Below the pieces are notes generated by a model. It saw only the letters and a list, made by a program, of their open reading frames with translations. It was not told where the DNA came from and did not search any database. Of a stretch of DNA of 64,000 bases, positions 25,960-38,991 are shown one piece after another (position 1 is the first letter of the stretch; every line of letters begins with the position of its first letter). Source of the DNA: Camelus dromedarius. Taxonomy: Eukaryota. The stretch spans positions 66,526,001-66,590,000 of the forward strand of contig NC_087436.1 of assembly GCF_036321535.1 (NCBI RefSeq), in the 5' to 3' direction. A program made the position numbers and the translations under genes.

Positions 25960-27125
25960 TCTCAATTTTTTGGGGTAGAGTCTTCTATTATACTTCACTT
26001 TTTTTGTTTTTCTCTTGCCTCTTTGGCACTATGTTAGCACTCTTTGTTAGGCCTTCCTCATACCCACACTTTGGCAATTGTAGCCACTCCTATAATGTAA
26101 TTTATGATTTATATGATGATTCTCTAGCATATACATAAATGCTATATGTATAATACACACAGACATGTATAATATATGTTACATATTTTATACATGTGTA
26201 TATATGAGAGACAGACAGAGCACAGACGCATTCTGTATTTCAAAGTGCTAACCTGTTATGCTTACTGCATTTATCAAACACTTCGCACATCCAAAATTGA
26301 ACCAATTCCTGCTGTTTTCCCATCTCGATCTAACTGCACAAACCTGCTCCTCTCACAATTTCTAACTCTGCTAAGTACACCACTACCTGTGCAAACAAAG
26401 ACACAGCTTCTTTTCTCTGTCTGCATCATGATCTCCTGAATCTAGGCCACCGCAGTCTCCTGCCCGGGCCTTTGGCCGTCTCTCTGCTTGTTTTGCCTCC
26501 CTCTCCCTCCAGTTTATACTGATTCAGTATAATCTCTACCAACGAGAGTGAGAGAGTCCTCTAAAATGAAGAATGAATCATGTCACTTGCTGTTTACCTT
26601 TCAATGCCTTCAAGTTTCCTAGGGAATAACGTTCAAACTCTACTATAACTGTCAAGACTCTGTCTTTTGCCTATGTCTCCAGACTTGTCTTTTGTCACTT
26701 CACCTCTCCACTTTAATCTCCAGCACTACTTACCTGTTAATTTTTTAATCTACCTAATTCTTCTTGGCCTCCAGGACTTTGTATATGCTGATAGCTTTGC
26801 TTAGAATAGTTTCCCATTTCTCTTCTTAGCCTGGTAGCTCTTAGGGTCCTTCAGGCACAAACTAATGACCGTTTCTTCTAGGATGCTTTCCTTGTCTGTA
26901 CTTCCAGGCTAAAGTAGGTCCTGTCGTGTTCACTCATGTTATCTATCCTTTGTTTCCCCTACACTGAACTGAGGCTTTTTAAGTTGTCTTCTTGACTGAA
27001 CTTTAATCTCCTTAAAAACAGGGACTATATTATCTTGCTCACCATATACATCTACTATGTGAAACCTTGTGTAGTCCATAAATGATTCTCAGTAACTATA
27101 TTTTTAAATAAGCAAATGCAGGATT
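25960..27125 (+). mobile_element. LINE2 (L2a/b-like) ~1.1 kb 3' portion
   Basis: Colinear L2 motifs: 'catccaaaattgaacc', 'aatcatgtcacttgct', 'caggactttgtatatgctg', 'aaaaacagggactatattatcttgctcacc', and a terminal 'aaatg' tail. Confidence 0.75.
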
Positions 27126-28623
27126 AACTAAAGGAATATACTGAGGCATATGTGTCTGGATAGTTAGGCAAGAGTGAAACAACGTTTATTAAAAAATCAT
27201 GAATGATCAAAATAATTGGATATATATTTTTATGTTTCACGTTATTCAGTTATTTTCCATAAATTTATTGACAAATAAATGAGATATTTTTTCCTCAGGT
27301 TACTACATAAATCTAAAATTTGGAATCATCTCTGTGCTTTTTTGGTCTAACATTTCCCTTCTTTGTACTTTTTTTGACATTTTATTTTGCTCAATTAAGT
27401 TTCATTTGGTAAAGCTATGACATTCTTACATATAGGTAAATAATACATAGAGACAAGATAAATAATATATAGAGATAAGAATAATTCTTTAACATATAGT
27501 ATCCATGCAATAAATGTAAGTGGGGTAGAATAATGAAACTGACCTCTCAATATTGAACACAATTACTGGAGTTAGCCAGTGAGTTTTAATTTGTGTGCCA
27601 TTTCTGATCAGTTGTTAGGGGCTGTCTTACACTTATTTGGGAGGAGAAGTGAAGAAGTGAACCAGCATGTGATAATTAGCAAGGAGAATTATCATGGTTA
27701 ATTATTGATGTCAACCAGGAGAGTGGGAAGGAGGAGTGATGGCACGTCTGCCATGTATGTGCCATCATGATATCGTGCAAGTATTCAGTAGAGAAATAAA
27801 AATGCAAGCCAAAGGACCTCAGTAGCTAGCATAGAAGGGGTAGAGATTTGGGCTAATGATACTTTGAAATGCACATATAGAGCAAATGCACATTATATTA
27901 TACACACACACTGGCACCCATATACACATGTAAAAGACAATCATTAATTTATGATATTGTAATATTATTGAGGTAACTCTATCAAAATTTAATTAGAAAA
28001 ATGTTTGTGATTCTTCCAAATCTGATTTTATAAATGGGCTAAAAACATAATCATTATATATTTAGAATAAGTTCTACTTCTAAAAGCATAAGTAGAAATA
28101 TTTTATGAATTTCTATATAAATAGTATATTAATTATAATTGACTAATCTAGAAAGAGTAAATTTAGTTCAGTATTTGCCTTTCCTAAGCAAGCCTAGAGT
28201 TGTATTTGTATCATAACAAAAATTTGTGGAAATTTGAATTTTATAAAATTAATTTTATTTCCTTTTACTTTGGATGGCCGCATAATTTCAAATGTTTTTG
28301 AAAGCTTTCATGAAAACAAAAATTCTTATAAAATTTATAAAAATAAATCATCTACTAATACTTTACATAGCTGTCTTTCATGGTTTTTACTAGAAAGTAA
28401 TACAGTTGGATTTTGAAATATATGTAATTCATACTTTTAACTTAAGGATTAAACTTTCTCCAATTAAGGATCTTTTACTGTAGTTAAATTTTATTGACTT
28501 TTTAGTAAAAGGTAGGCATCATAAACAGAGATAATGTTGTGGAATTTTTTTCACATCACTAGTTTCTAGGTACATTGCTTGGCCAATAGTTTGTACTTAA
28601 AAAATTTCAAAGAATACTTGACA

Positions 28624-28626
<3 letters not shown>

Positions 28627-28687
<61 letters not shown>

Positions 28688-28691
28688 GTAT
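28627..28691. repeat. (TA)n microsatellite (~25 pure units plus degenerate end)
   Basis: Read directly. Confidence 0.95.
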
Positions 28692-28759
28692 GACAAAATA
28701 AATGTGGAATTATGCATACAATGAATGATAGTGTTGATGTTTTTTAGAGAACAAAAGCA

Positions 28760-28880
28760 TAACTTCCTTTTAGGGTTGGAAAACTGAGATCAAAGGAGAT
28801 TAATATAAACAGCTACTAATGGTGGATGCAGGACTTGAATTCTAACATATTCTATTCTAAAGTAAAGTGCACTTCACAGA
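28760..28880 (-). mobile_element. MIR fragment
   Basis: 'ggaaaactgagatcaaaggagattaa...cagctactaatggtggatgcaggacttgaattc'. Confidence 0.55.
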
Positions 28881-29095
28881 ATATAATAATTTTTAAGAAG
28901 AAATCTCTATAAAGAAATTGATTATAATTAATTAATTCTTTTAAAGAATTTACTTATGAATGACATACTCTGTTACCACAGTATGCCCATTTATGTAGTT
29001 ATAAATTACCTACATAACAACTCTTACGAGAATTGTTTCAGCCCTAGGGGTGGCAACTGGCCAGTGATGTTTAGTTAACTGATTTTCATCCAGTC

Positions 29096-29114
29096 TGTCC
29101 ACAAGGTGGCAATG
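29096..29114 (+). promoter_or_regulatory. CTCF-like motif
   Basis: TGTCCACAAGGTGGCAATG closely fits the CTCF core CCACNAGGTGGCA. Sequence match only; no binding data. Confidence 0.45.
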
Positions 29115-29694
29115 TAGCATTATTACAAATACTACCCCTCGTGCATATTTGTAAAAAATAAATAAGTAAATGAGAATTTTTTCCCACACATTGGTGAATT
29201 TTTTTCACCTACAAGATACCTTGAAGTTAAACAAATTCTGAGTGATTATTAGACCTTATAAATTGGACAAACAGGACAAAATGAGCTTTCTTTGATGCCT
29301 GAATGATGCAGACTATCCAAGATTAATCAAATATGTCAACGTTTTGAAGAGAAATCTAACTTTACTGATAGGAAATGTCATGTATATATGATCAGGGAAT
29401 GTAATGGATTTTATTTCTTATGGTCTCATGGAAGCACACTATGTTGAAAGTGATGATTTATCAGAATCCATACTGGGCCAAACCAAGCTATTGTGGTGAT
29501 TTTAAATTTTAATTCAAGATTTGTCCATGTACTTTTGCTTGTTATAAATAGAAAAAATCACTTATAATGATTGTATATATAAATTGATATCACTAACAGG
29601 AGCTTCTTTTTTGAACTATAGCCTTCTCAATAAGGATCACTATAGTCAAACAAATTCAGTAAATGGAAGGGTTTTGTTTTGTTTTATTTTCCAG

Positions 29695-29897
29695 GCATAA
29701 TTTTGAGTTATAGGACTCATCCAATCTAAGTCTCAAATAGAATTCAATATGGGCAGCCCATCTACACAAGTAACCGTAGTGTATCTCATCAACGCTTGTG
29801 ATTTGTAATCGTTTTCACAAAGTGACTGCGGTCATGCTTGAGAGCTCATGATACTCAGCAGCTTCACCATCAAGTGGAAATGGGGATGGGCAGCGAG
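29695..29897 (+). other. Candidate exon (internal 203 nt, or alternative first exon)
   Basis: Acceptor 'ttttgttttgttttattttccag|G'; donor GAG|GTGAGC; six CpGs in about 29770-29910; unique sequence. Confidence 0.4.
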
Positions 29898-30339
29898 GTG
29901 AGCTGTGACGCTCTCAGTGCAGAAAGGTTGTGGTTTTGGCAGAGAATTTTTGATATTTTCTTTTGTCATCCTTGTTTCTGATAAGTTGGAGTGGAAATAT
30001 ATTTGAAGTCCTATGTGCAGTAAGCAAGAAAATGTCTACAGAGAAGCAACTTTATTTCATCTCTTCAAAGAGTAATCTCCAACCTGATGAATACATAAGA
30101 CAAGAACAATTCTATTAGTCATCTTCTTCCTTCGCCTTCTTCTTTTTCTAAATCTCATTTTCTGCCCTAATCAGTTATTACCTACTAAAAACAAAAAGAC
30201 TTTATAAAATGTGAACTATTAAGATATTAAGACCTGAATTTGGTTTTATCTTTCCACGATTATTTTCACTTTTTTATGGTAATGGGTACTCCTCCTTTCT
30301 TTGAAAAAACTGTGTCTCCTCCAATTAAATATTTTTTGA

Positions 30340-30734
30340 AGGCCTTCTGTTCATAGTGCTGAGACAATCTAGTTATAGGGTTGAGCCAATATCCCAGACC
30401 TGGTCAAACATGTCATCTGTGCCTGTGGTCAGAAAAATTAATTTACAGGCAGACTCATGACTCAGTCTAGGCCAGTTGCAGACCTTCCCTGGAATGCCTG
30501 TAAATTAAGAGAGGGATAAAGTTCAACTGCAATATGAAAGGATTTAGCCAAGCAGAGAAAAGAAGAGAAAGATTGCTGAGGAAGGGAGAAGCTTGACAGT
30601 ACTTGATGATTCCTGCTTAACTTATGTTAATTCTATGGGTCACCACAGGATCCTTCCAACAAATGCCATTTTCTGCTTCAGTTAGTTTCTTTGGATTTCT
30701 ATTACTTGCAACCAAACGTATTCTGACTGGAACA
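30340..30734 (+). mobile_element. MLT1J/K-like ERVL-MaLR LTR
   Basis: 3' end 'tgcttcagttagtttctttggatttctattacttgcaaccaaacgtattctgactggaaca'; internal 'gactcagtctaggccag'. Confidence 0.65.
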
Positions 30735-31158
30735 GCTATTTTTCAATATACTTTTTAAAAAACATTTGAAAAGGATATTTAAAAAAATACGTCTCTTAAT
30801 CATCAAGAGAGATACTGTAGATAAATCACAAAGAAGTAGAACATAGTCTAAAACATATAATGATCATGTGTTATGCCCTTATAAATATCAGATTTGGAAG
30901 GAGAACTACAGCTCAAAGAAAAGCATATTAAAGTAAGTAAATATGTGATAGATATGTTGAATTGTAATTTAGATACAATTTTAACTTAATAAAAGGTTGT
31001 GTTCTTAATTCAATGTTTAACACCACATCCCTCTCTCTCATACCCTATCCTTTCCCCTCAACACAAACACACAGGGGAAAAATAAGTGAGGAGGGAAAGA
31101 GTTCAAAAAGAAGAAATATGCTTAATGTTAGAGATTTGTAAAATAAAAATCAGAAGCC

Positions 31159-31820
31159 TAGTGGGGATGATCATCAGAGAAACATCAGGAAAATGTCAGA
31201 TTCTGTTTTTAGTAGAGTTGAGGGGAATAATCAAGTCAATAATCAGGAATCACAACAAATGCATACAGAACCTTTTAGGTAGTTAGGTAAGTGGGGGCAC
31301 CAGGCAGACAGGTGGAGGAGAGGGAGGATGGTCTAGAAGATGGCATTATGCCCGCCTCCAGCATAAAGGGATTTTACCTCTTCTAAATGAGTGCCAGCAA
31401 GAAACTGGTTAAAACCCAACAGCCATGACTGCCAGGTAGCAGAAAGGACTTAACCAGACAAAACTCAATGCTCATTGTATTATAATTAACATTGCGGTTT
31501 AGGCTCCCCCCAACCCCATGGGTTTTTCTGTGTACACCATGGGTAAAGACATGCGCAATGGGACCAAACGAGACTAAGCATTCCAGGGACAGAGCTGTCA
31601 ATCAATTAAGAGGCCACCTCTAAGAAAGGGTGTAAGAGAAAGGGGAGACAGAAGATGCTGCTTTTCCTCCCTTGTGTTAGTTCTCCAATTCTTGGAGGTG
31701 TACTTTCCCTTCTGTTAAATAAATTTTTAAAAATCTTTCACTACACGAAGCACCGGCTCCCAACTGTGAACTTGTCTTTCGGGTTTGACAAAACCAGGGT
31801 CTTTACCTTTCAGGGTAACA
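31159..31820 (+). mobile_element. ERV1-class solo LTR (662 bp)
   Basis: AATAAA at 31718-31723; U5-like end 'cagggtaaca'; 4-bp flanking repeat AGCC at 31155-31158 and 31821-31824 (5' end reads TA rather than TG). Confidence 0.7.
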
Positions 31821-34720
31821 AGCCTACTGTGGAACAGAAGAATGGCATTGCAGAAAGGAAAGATAGGAGCCAGTAGAGATACAGAAATAATGGACATATG
31901 GAAGTTCACTAAGGAAATTTGGATGTTGTAACCTAATTATTATGGATGGCATCTTCTTTGGCAAGGCACAGTTTGGTTTATTATTCTTGAGTTTTGTTTT
32001 TAATTTGTTGCATTCTTCCTTTAGTTTGTCCAGACATATTTTTTAAGAGTCAAAGTGCATCTGCTTGATTACAAATTAAGATTATCTTAGTGTCACCGAT
32101 TTTAAAAAGAGAAGAAAAAAAGATTTAGATCATGATAATTTTGTGGAACAAGAAAACATGTCGTCTTTTATATCTAAATTTTTGATAGTAGTGTGTAAAG
32201 TTAGTTTAAAGCAACATCTTTATTTTGTAATAAAGAAGATGGCAAAAATAATTAAATGACCATTTTAAATATGGAAAGCAATGAAAGTATTTGTATATCG
32301 TGAATTAGAAATTGGGTCCAATTAATAAGAAACAAACAAAATCAATAACAGTGCTATGATTAATTTTTCAAGAGAAACTTTGGTTCAGAAAAACAATGTC
32401 AGAGAAAAAGAACAAAAACTTCATTAAAGGACAGCATTGTCCTAGAGTTCAGCTCTACATTGTCAGTGCTTCACTGCCAATTAAGAAAAAGCAATGAGAT
32501 AAAAAATTCCATCAAACTATAAGCGATTAGTCTTGCTACCTGTGTGGAAGATAAATATTTTTAGGCCATATTGATGGACATTTGTAATGAGGGAAAAACA
32601 ATTCTTCAACTTTTATGCCAAATTTATTTTCCCTATTTTCATTAAACAAACTTAGTGAGTCAGAAAATCTAGTTGATTTCTTCCTGATACATGTCCTACA
32701 TAATGAATTGCAATTGTAATTATTCAGAAAACCTCAATTCTTCAATTCTGTATTAGTGTTTCTTTTTACTCTCAACCGAAGCCATTATCATATTTCCCAT
32801 TCTTAATATTCTCCCTAGTAAGTATAAACAGTGTTGATATTTCCTGATTTGATAGGATATACTTTGAAATATTTAATACGGAAAAGTTAAAAACAAGTAA
32901 ATGTAAACAAGAAAACACTTTTTTAAGAAACTGCCAGCCTTAACTGTGGAGTTGTTTTAAAACAATAGTTTAAACTAAAGTTACAACAGAAAGCTTTTAT
33001 ATTGGAGTCCGTGAGACTTGTTTTACTGAAAAGGTAGGCATAATCTGTAATTACTGTACAATGTAAATTTAGTTAAACTTTATGAAAATAGATGATTTTA
33101 GAGAACTTGATATTAGTGTATTTCTTTGAAAGGGTTAAATATTTTCTTGGTCAACCTTTTATACCACTACTTGGTTACATATCATAGTTTTAAAACCTGT
33201 ATTTCATTCATGATGCTATGTTTAATACTAGGCTACTACATGATTTAATTGTCACAGATTAGGAAATACTAAAGTTGGTAGTAAGATTTTATTATATGTA
33301 CCATATCAGAAAAATCACAAAAAGAAGTGGTAAGGTTTTTAAATTTCCACCTTCTCTGAGTTAGAAAACCAACATATTCATGTATTCAGGAACATATTCA
33401 TGTGAGTTTCCTTTACATGAACTTAAAAAAATAAGAATTAAGAGACCTCAGCGTTTTAATGCAGACATCTGTTGAGACCATGCATAATTAAGCTGATGGC
33501 ACTCCCAATGGAGCCATAAATAGGAATGCTATTCAGTAACTGTTTTCAAGCTCATATGTTTAAGGAGACATAGGGTTGTCTTTTAGCTCTGTGGTTTCTG
33601 TGAGAGCTTGCTGTTGTGAGGCTCTGACTACTAAGTTGCGGATTATGAGTGATATTTCCAAGAGTAACCAGAAGAGAGCATCTGTATCTCAGAGACTCAT
33701 GTGGCAAAATAAATAAGGCACAGACGGTCTACCATGCAGCTTAAGCCACCTCTTTTTTGGGAAATGATGATGAATTTCCTGTGATCATGCTCAAATGGCT
33801 TAGGAAATGACTGGAGGGTAGTTGATATTCCAAGATTCAAGCGTCTGGTATTCGAACAAACCCAATTTAACTGTGTCCCAGTTCTACAAATTTGTTGTCA
33901 AGACAATTTAGGCTAAGCAGTATAGTCATATACTTATTCCAGAGCACAACAGTCCACTAATCTAATTACGAATGGGTTCTAAGAAGAAGAAAATTGAATT
34001 AAGAAAAATTGTTTTGCATAGCAGTGATTTATAGCCTACTTTGCTCCCCAAACTGGTGAGAAGTGTGGAATTCAAGACTTTCAGAATATAATTTTAATAG
34101 TAAAAGGGCAAAAAATTACTATGAAGAAAACGAAAAGACTCATCAAGCTAAAAGCAGAAGCCATACACCTACTACTGCTTACAGTACTATTTAAATAATA
34201 AAACTTCTTTATTCTAGTAAATAAAAATTTTATTATTTTTCAAGTATAGCAGACTAGTTCAGTCTCCCTTTTGTAGTGGAATATAATTTTAACTTCTTGT
34301 GTATGCACAATATTTATGTCTTGATGATACAATTTTTCCTATTATTATGTATTCATTTCTAAGTACTGATTATTTAAACTCTTCTGTGCTTCCTACTCCA
34401 TGAAATTAGTCTCTGATACTTGAATCAGAATAGAATGCTCTCTCATATATTTCACTTAAATTATCTCATCACATTACTGCATGCTAAGCTATAACTATAT
34501 TAAATACATAAATCAAAAAATGATTAGCTGTAAGTTGCAACATTTTCAGGCTCAAAGTATATTAGAGATACTGTTGGAGTTGGAGTTTTACATCCCTTCA
34601 CTGAAGGAATTTTAAAACAAAAACTCTTACAAAATGTTAGATCAATAAGTGATCTCATAATGCGGTAATTGAATTATTTGGAAAATTTTTTTTCTCATTC
34701 TGTTATAGTGTTAGCCTATG

Positions 34721-34749
34721 TCCTTCCTTCCTTCCCTCCTTCCTTCCTT
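34721..34749. repeat. (TTCC)n imperfect tetranucleotide repeat
   Basis: Read directly. Confidence 0.85.
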
Positions 34750-34889
34750 TACAAATTCCTGGCATTTCATCAAGTACCCCAGTAGGAGATGAATGTATTC
34801 TGAAGTGTGACCAATCTGGAATCCATAGGAATAACCTTTATCCCACCCGGAATATTCATCTCTTCCCTGCTCCAGCTGTACTCGTGGGC

Positions 34890-34893
<4 letters not shown>

Positions 34894-34923
<30 letters not shown>
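34894..34923. repeat. (AC)15 microsatellite
   Basis: Read directly. Confidence 0.95.
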
Positions 34924-34924
<1 letters not shown>

Positions 34925-35119
34925 AGTTCTGGGGAAGAGCCAAAGTAGCAAATTGCCAGAGGCAAAGGGAAGTAGGAAACAAAACAGTCTACCTCTCAAC
35001 CACTTTCTCATCCATGCTTCTTAACTACAAACTTTATCCCACAGGCAGTATGCTCAGGACCTATTTTATATCTTCACTTCTAGACTCCAAGAAATAAATA
35101 CTTCCTGGGATATTGCTGT

Positions 35120-35325
35120 AAAACAGCTTATGAGAGTGAAGAATGTGGAGACAGGATATTCAGGTTTGAATCCTGCTCGGGTCTTTGGTGCCAGATTGAA
35201 ACTTGCCCAATCTATGAACATGATCATAGAAATATATAATTTTTCAGGTTGTCTTGAGGATTAAATGAGATAGTAAATATAGAAACAGTTTGTATCTTAT
35301 AAATTACTATAATAAATATTAATTG
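35120..35325 (+). mobile_element. MIR SINE
   Basis: 'caggtttgaatcctgctc...ggttgtcttgaggattaaatgagata...aataaatatt'. Confidence 0.65.
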
Positions 35326-36025
35326 TAAACAGAAAAATGTTGTGTCCTCTATATAAATGCAGGGAAATCTAGGCAAAACTTAGTGAAATACTTGTTTTTA
35401 GCCTGAAATAAACTCAGAGATCTTCCATTATAATCCACATAATTGTTTGTTTTCCCATATAAAATCTAGAGGATGTAGAGACAGAAGTAGGCTTTTTAAA
35501 AAATCCATATGTATTAACAATTACTATGTGTATATGATTCCAAAGTATTGGGTTATTGTCACATACACATAATAGTTAATGCATATAGAGTTGTTGTTTT
35601 TTTTTAAGTCTTTTTCTTTCCTGACATCCTTTAGGTGGGCAAGACAAAATATTTTCCATGAATGACCAGGGAAAGAAATAAAAGTTGACTCAAATTAAAA
35701 TGTTAGAGCATAGAGGGCCAGGCGAAATTGTATAGATTGCACTAAGGAAAAAGAAAGGCTATGAAAGCAAGTAGGTCTGCAGTGAAGCATATCCATAGAG
35801 GACAGTGTAAGTAGGATATCTTGGTAGCTCATCCTATTCTCCAGGAGCACTTGAAAGACATCAAAGATCTCAGCTTCATTTTCAAAAGGGATCCAACATA
35901 TATGTTCACACCTAATTTCTCACGACATCCCTCCACAAATCCTGTAATCAGCGAAAATTCTGATTCTAACTAAATATACATTGGACATTTATACTCCTTT
36001 CCTATGTGCTTATTCTAGGACCCTT

Positions 36026-36475
36026 TGTTAGTTTCTCATTGCTGCTGTAACAAATTACCATAAACTTAGTGGCTTAACACAAATTTAACATCTTACTGTT
36101 TTGAAGATCAGAAGTCTGAAATGAGTCTCAATGGTCTAAAAAGAAAAGGTGTCCCTCAGCTTGTGTTCCTTCTGGAAGGTCTAGGGGAGATTTCATTGTC
36201 CTGCCTTTTCTAGATCCTTGAGCTGCCTGCATCCTTGCTGGTGGCCCCTCTCTCCAACTTTGAAACCAGCAGGGTAGGGTCTCCACATCTGTCTTTGATT
36301 CCACAATCTCACTTTACATGATCCTTATGATTCTATTACATCCATTGAATAACCCAGGTTATCTTAAGGTTATCTGCTTAGCAACCTTAATTCTCCTTTG
36401 CCAGGTAACAACATATTTACAGGCTTAATATTAAGACTTGGATATTTTGGGGTAACCATCATTATGCCTACCACA
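36026..36475 (-). mobile_element. MLT1C/D ERVL-MaLR solo LTR
   Basis: Plus strand begins 'tgttagtttctcattgctgctgtaacaaattaccataaacttagtggcttaa' and ends 'attatgcctaccaca'. Confidence 0.85.
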
Positions 36476-38290
36476 GATCGTACTCCAAATTAATCTGTCA
36501 TATTCTCAAACTCAGAGCAGTATTTTCTGTAGCAATTGCTTATTATCTAACCATGAATTGTTTTAAAGTATTATTTTCATTGTGATTTATCTTCCACTTC
36601 TGGATAGCGATCTTAATATATTAGATTTCTTCATCTTCTTTTCAGAGCATGAGGGGCTAGTCTAGCACCCCAAATCCAAGGATGCTTTCATTTCTCCCCT
36701 GAGGATTTCTTTGAAAAGTCTAAAGTGAAAACATTCACTTGAGGTATTGTACCTCAGGAAACTCAGCTGGTTATTTGATGCTTCTTAACAATCCACACAT
36801 ATCCTTTGATGGCTTACTGGAAATTCTTAACATTCAAACCAGAATGATCTGTGAATCACCTGTGCTGATACTATGGCCATGGGCAGAGATAGTTCACTCT
36901 GAAGCTGCATTTGTCAGATTTGGTTGCAAAATAAAGCAGGTTCCTTGCAAAGTACCCAGGCACTAGAAAGCAAGTAGAAGGGAAAAGGCTTCCAAGATAC
37001 CCACTTCCACTCTTGCTGGCTCTCTGATTACCCAAGTACTCTTGCAGAGATTGTCCTTAATTTCAGCAGTTGAATTAAGAGGCAGACCTATGTACACGTG
37101 GAGACAGCCCATCTGGAGCAAAACCTGAATGTGGAACCAAACCTGTGCTAAAGTAAATGTTGCACCTAAATGGTCCTCCTCACATGATTACCGCCGCTGA
37201 GACAGGCCCAGCCACTCACTGAGCTAGATTGACAGAGAATGCAAATTTTCCTCATTTATGTGTTAAGTAGAAATGGAATGTTCATATGTAGCTTGCTTAG
37301 AATGACATTTCCTAATTCATTTTCCCTGGAGAGTCTATATGCTCATGTATATTTGAAATTGGAAACAATGATATTTCCTGTTTTTAATGCATGCTTTTTT
37401 ATTTTTCTGAGGGATTTAAAAGCTCATACATATCACAGAGTTAATATTAGATTTATTTTAGGTAGCAAGTGCTGATTTCTGCATCTTCCCTTTCTCCATC
37501 ATGTATGTTTTCTCTCGCTAGATACTTAGAATATTTTGCAATTTGTGCATTTAAACTTCCATTGAGAAAGTGTAGGTTACTAAGCATTTTGTTACTACAA
37601 ATTATAAGATTCTAAACTCTTGTGCACATCATCATGTCTCACTATCCCTGAATCCAGAGGTGTGATATTACCAAATAGAAGAACTATAAAAATGGGTTCA
37701 TTCAGTTTTGCTCATTCTTCAGGGAAAAGACATAAGTGTATCCCAGACAAAATAAAGGGGCAGATTTGACATGGCTTATTTTACCTATATCAAAAAATGC
37801 CATTTTTATATAATTGTCTTTTGTTAATATTTTTCTTTCATTTAACAAGAGTTACAAAGTAAAGATTTAAAAATACACAGTTTTTGTTCAGTTTGGCAGT
37901 CAACATCAATAGCATTTAGTTCTTTGAACGTTTAAATACATTTTTATTGACTTATTTATAAATGTATTTATTTATTTGATAAATGCAACCCCTTTAAGCC
38001 TGGTTGAGTGAAGTCATATTTTAACTAAGACTTAATTAAAGATCAGCATAAAGGGTTTACATGAGATCTAGAATAATGGCATTAACCACTGCACACTTTT
38101 AATGTAATCTTGTGCTTTTCCTTATGGTGTCAAGCATATGTTTATATATGGATAAACAATAAATATGTCTCTATGATTTTCTTGAAATACTGGTAGTTCA
38201 GCACTTCATTTCACATTTGAGTTGTTATTTTTGTGCGCAGATGCTCTGTTGCATCAGTAGTGGCAGAGGGTTCTGCCCTGATGGACTAAG

Positions 38291-38885
38291 TGTTGAGAGG
38301 GAACAAATAGGGCACCAAATATCCAAAATTCTGTCATACAGGATGAAGGGTATGTGGAGTCTACTGGCACTCTCTGAAGCCTCTCTGAAGTTCACAAAAA
38401 AACCCACCCCTGGGCTCTGTGTGTGCCTGGAGCCATTGACACCTTAACCCCCACGCCCCACTGCAGGACCACTCAGCATACCTGCATTTCTGCAGGATAA
38501 AAAAAAATATCTTGATGTGTGTTTACCATAACAAAACCCTTGACCCCAGGAAATAGCCCACTCACAATACCCTGGGCAGACAGGTCTCACATCCTGCGCT
38601 TATCAGAGTTGTAAATCCCATTATTCAGAGAAGTTCCTGACAGATCTTACAACCAATCAGGTATCTGTGCATGAATTGATCTTGCACACCCCACTTCTTG
38701 TGTGCACAGCCACCTCCCCCTAGTAAAAGTCGCTGCAGGCCACCCCCCGTGCTCACACGGCACCTCTGTCTGTGTGGCCCGCTGTTGTCTATGGCAGCAT
38801 AACCTAATAAACTTCTTTCCTATTATCATCCTTTGCCTTTGGTAAATTCTTTTACCAGCCCAGTTCACCGCTGTGTCCCACAACA
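38291..38885 (+). mobile_element. ERV1-class (MER34/MER4-group-like) solo LTR
   Basis: TGTTG...CAACA termini; CCAAT at 38653; TATA-like 'tagtaaaag' at 38721; AATAAA at 38806; U5 'cctttgcctttggtaaattcttttacc'. TSD not recognisable, so the 5' boundary is uncertain. Confidence 0.7.
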
Positions 38886-38991
38886 GGGAAGGCATTCCCT
38901 CTAATACCCGATGAGTACTGACTATCATAGCCATAGTTCTCGGGCTATATTGCTCTGTGTTATTTAAGTGCAACTTAAAAATGGGTAGTCC

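Noticed and set aside
37081-37240. GC-richer block with a CACGTG E-box (similar block at 40290-40560)
   Set aside because: Single short motifs without clustering or other support.
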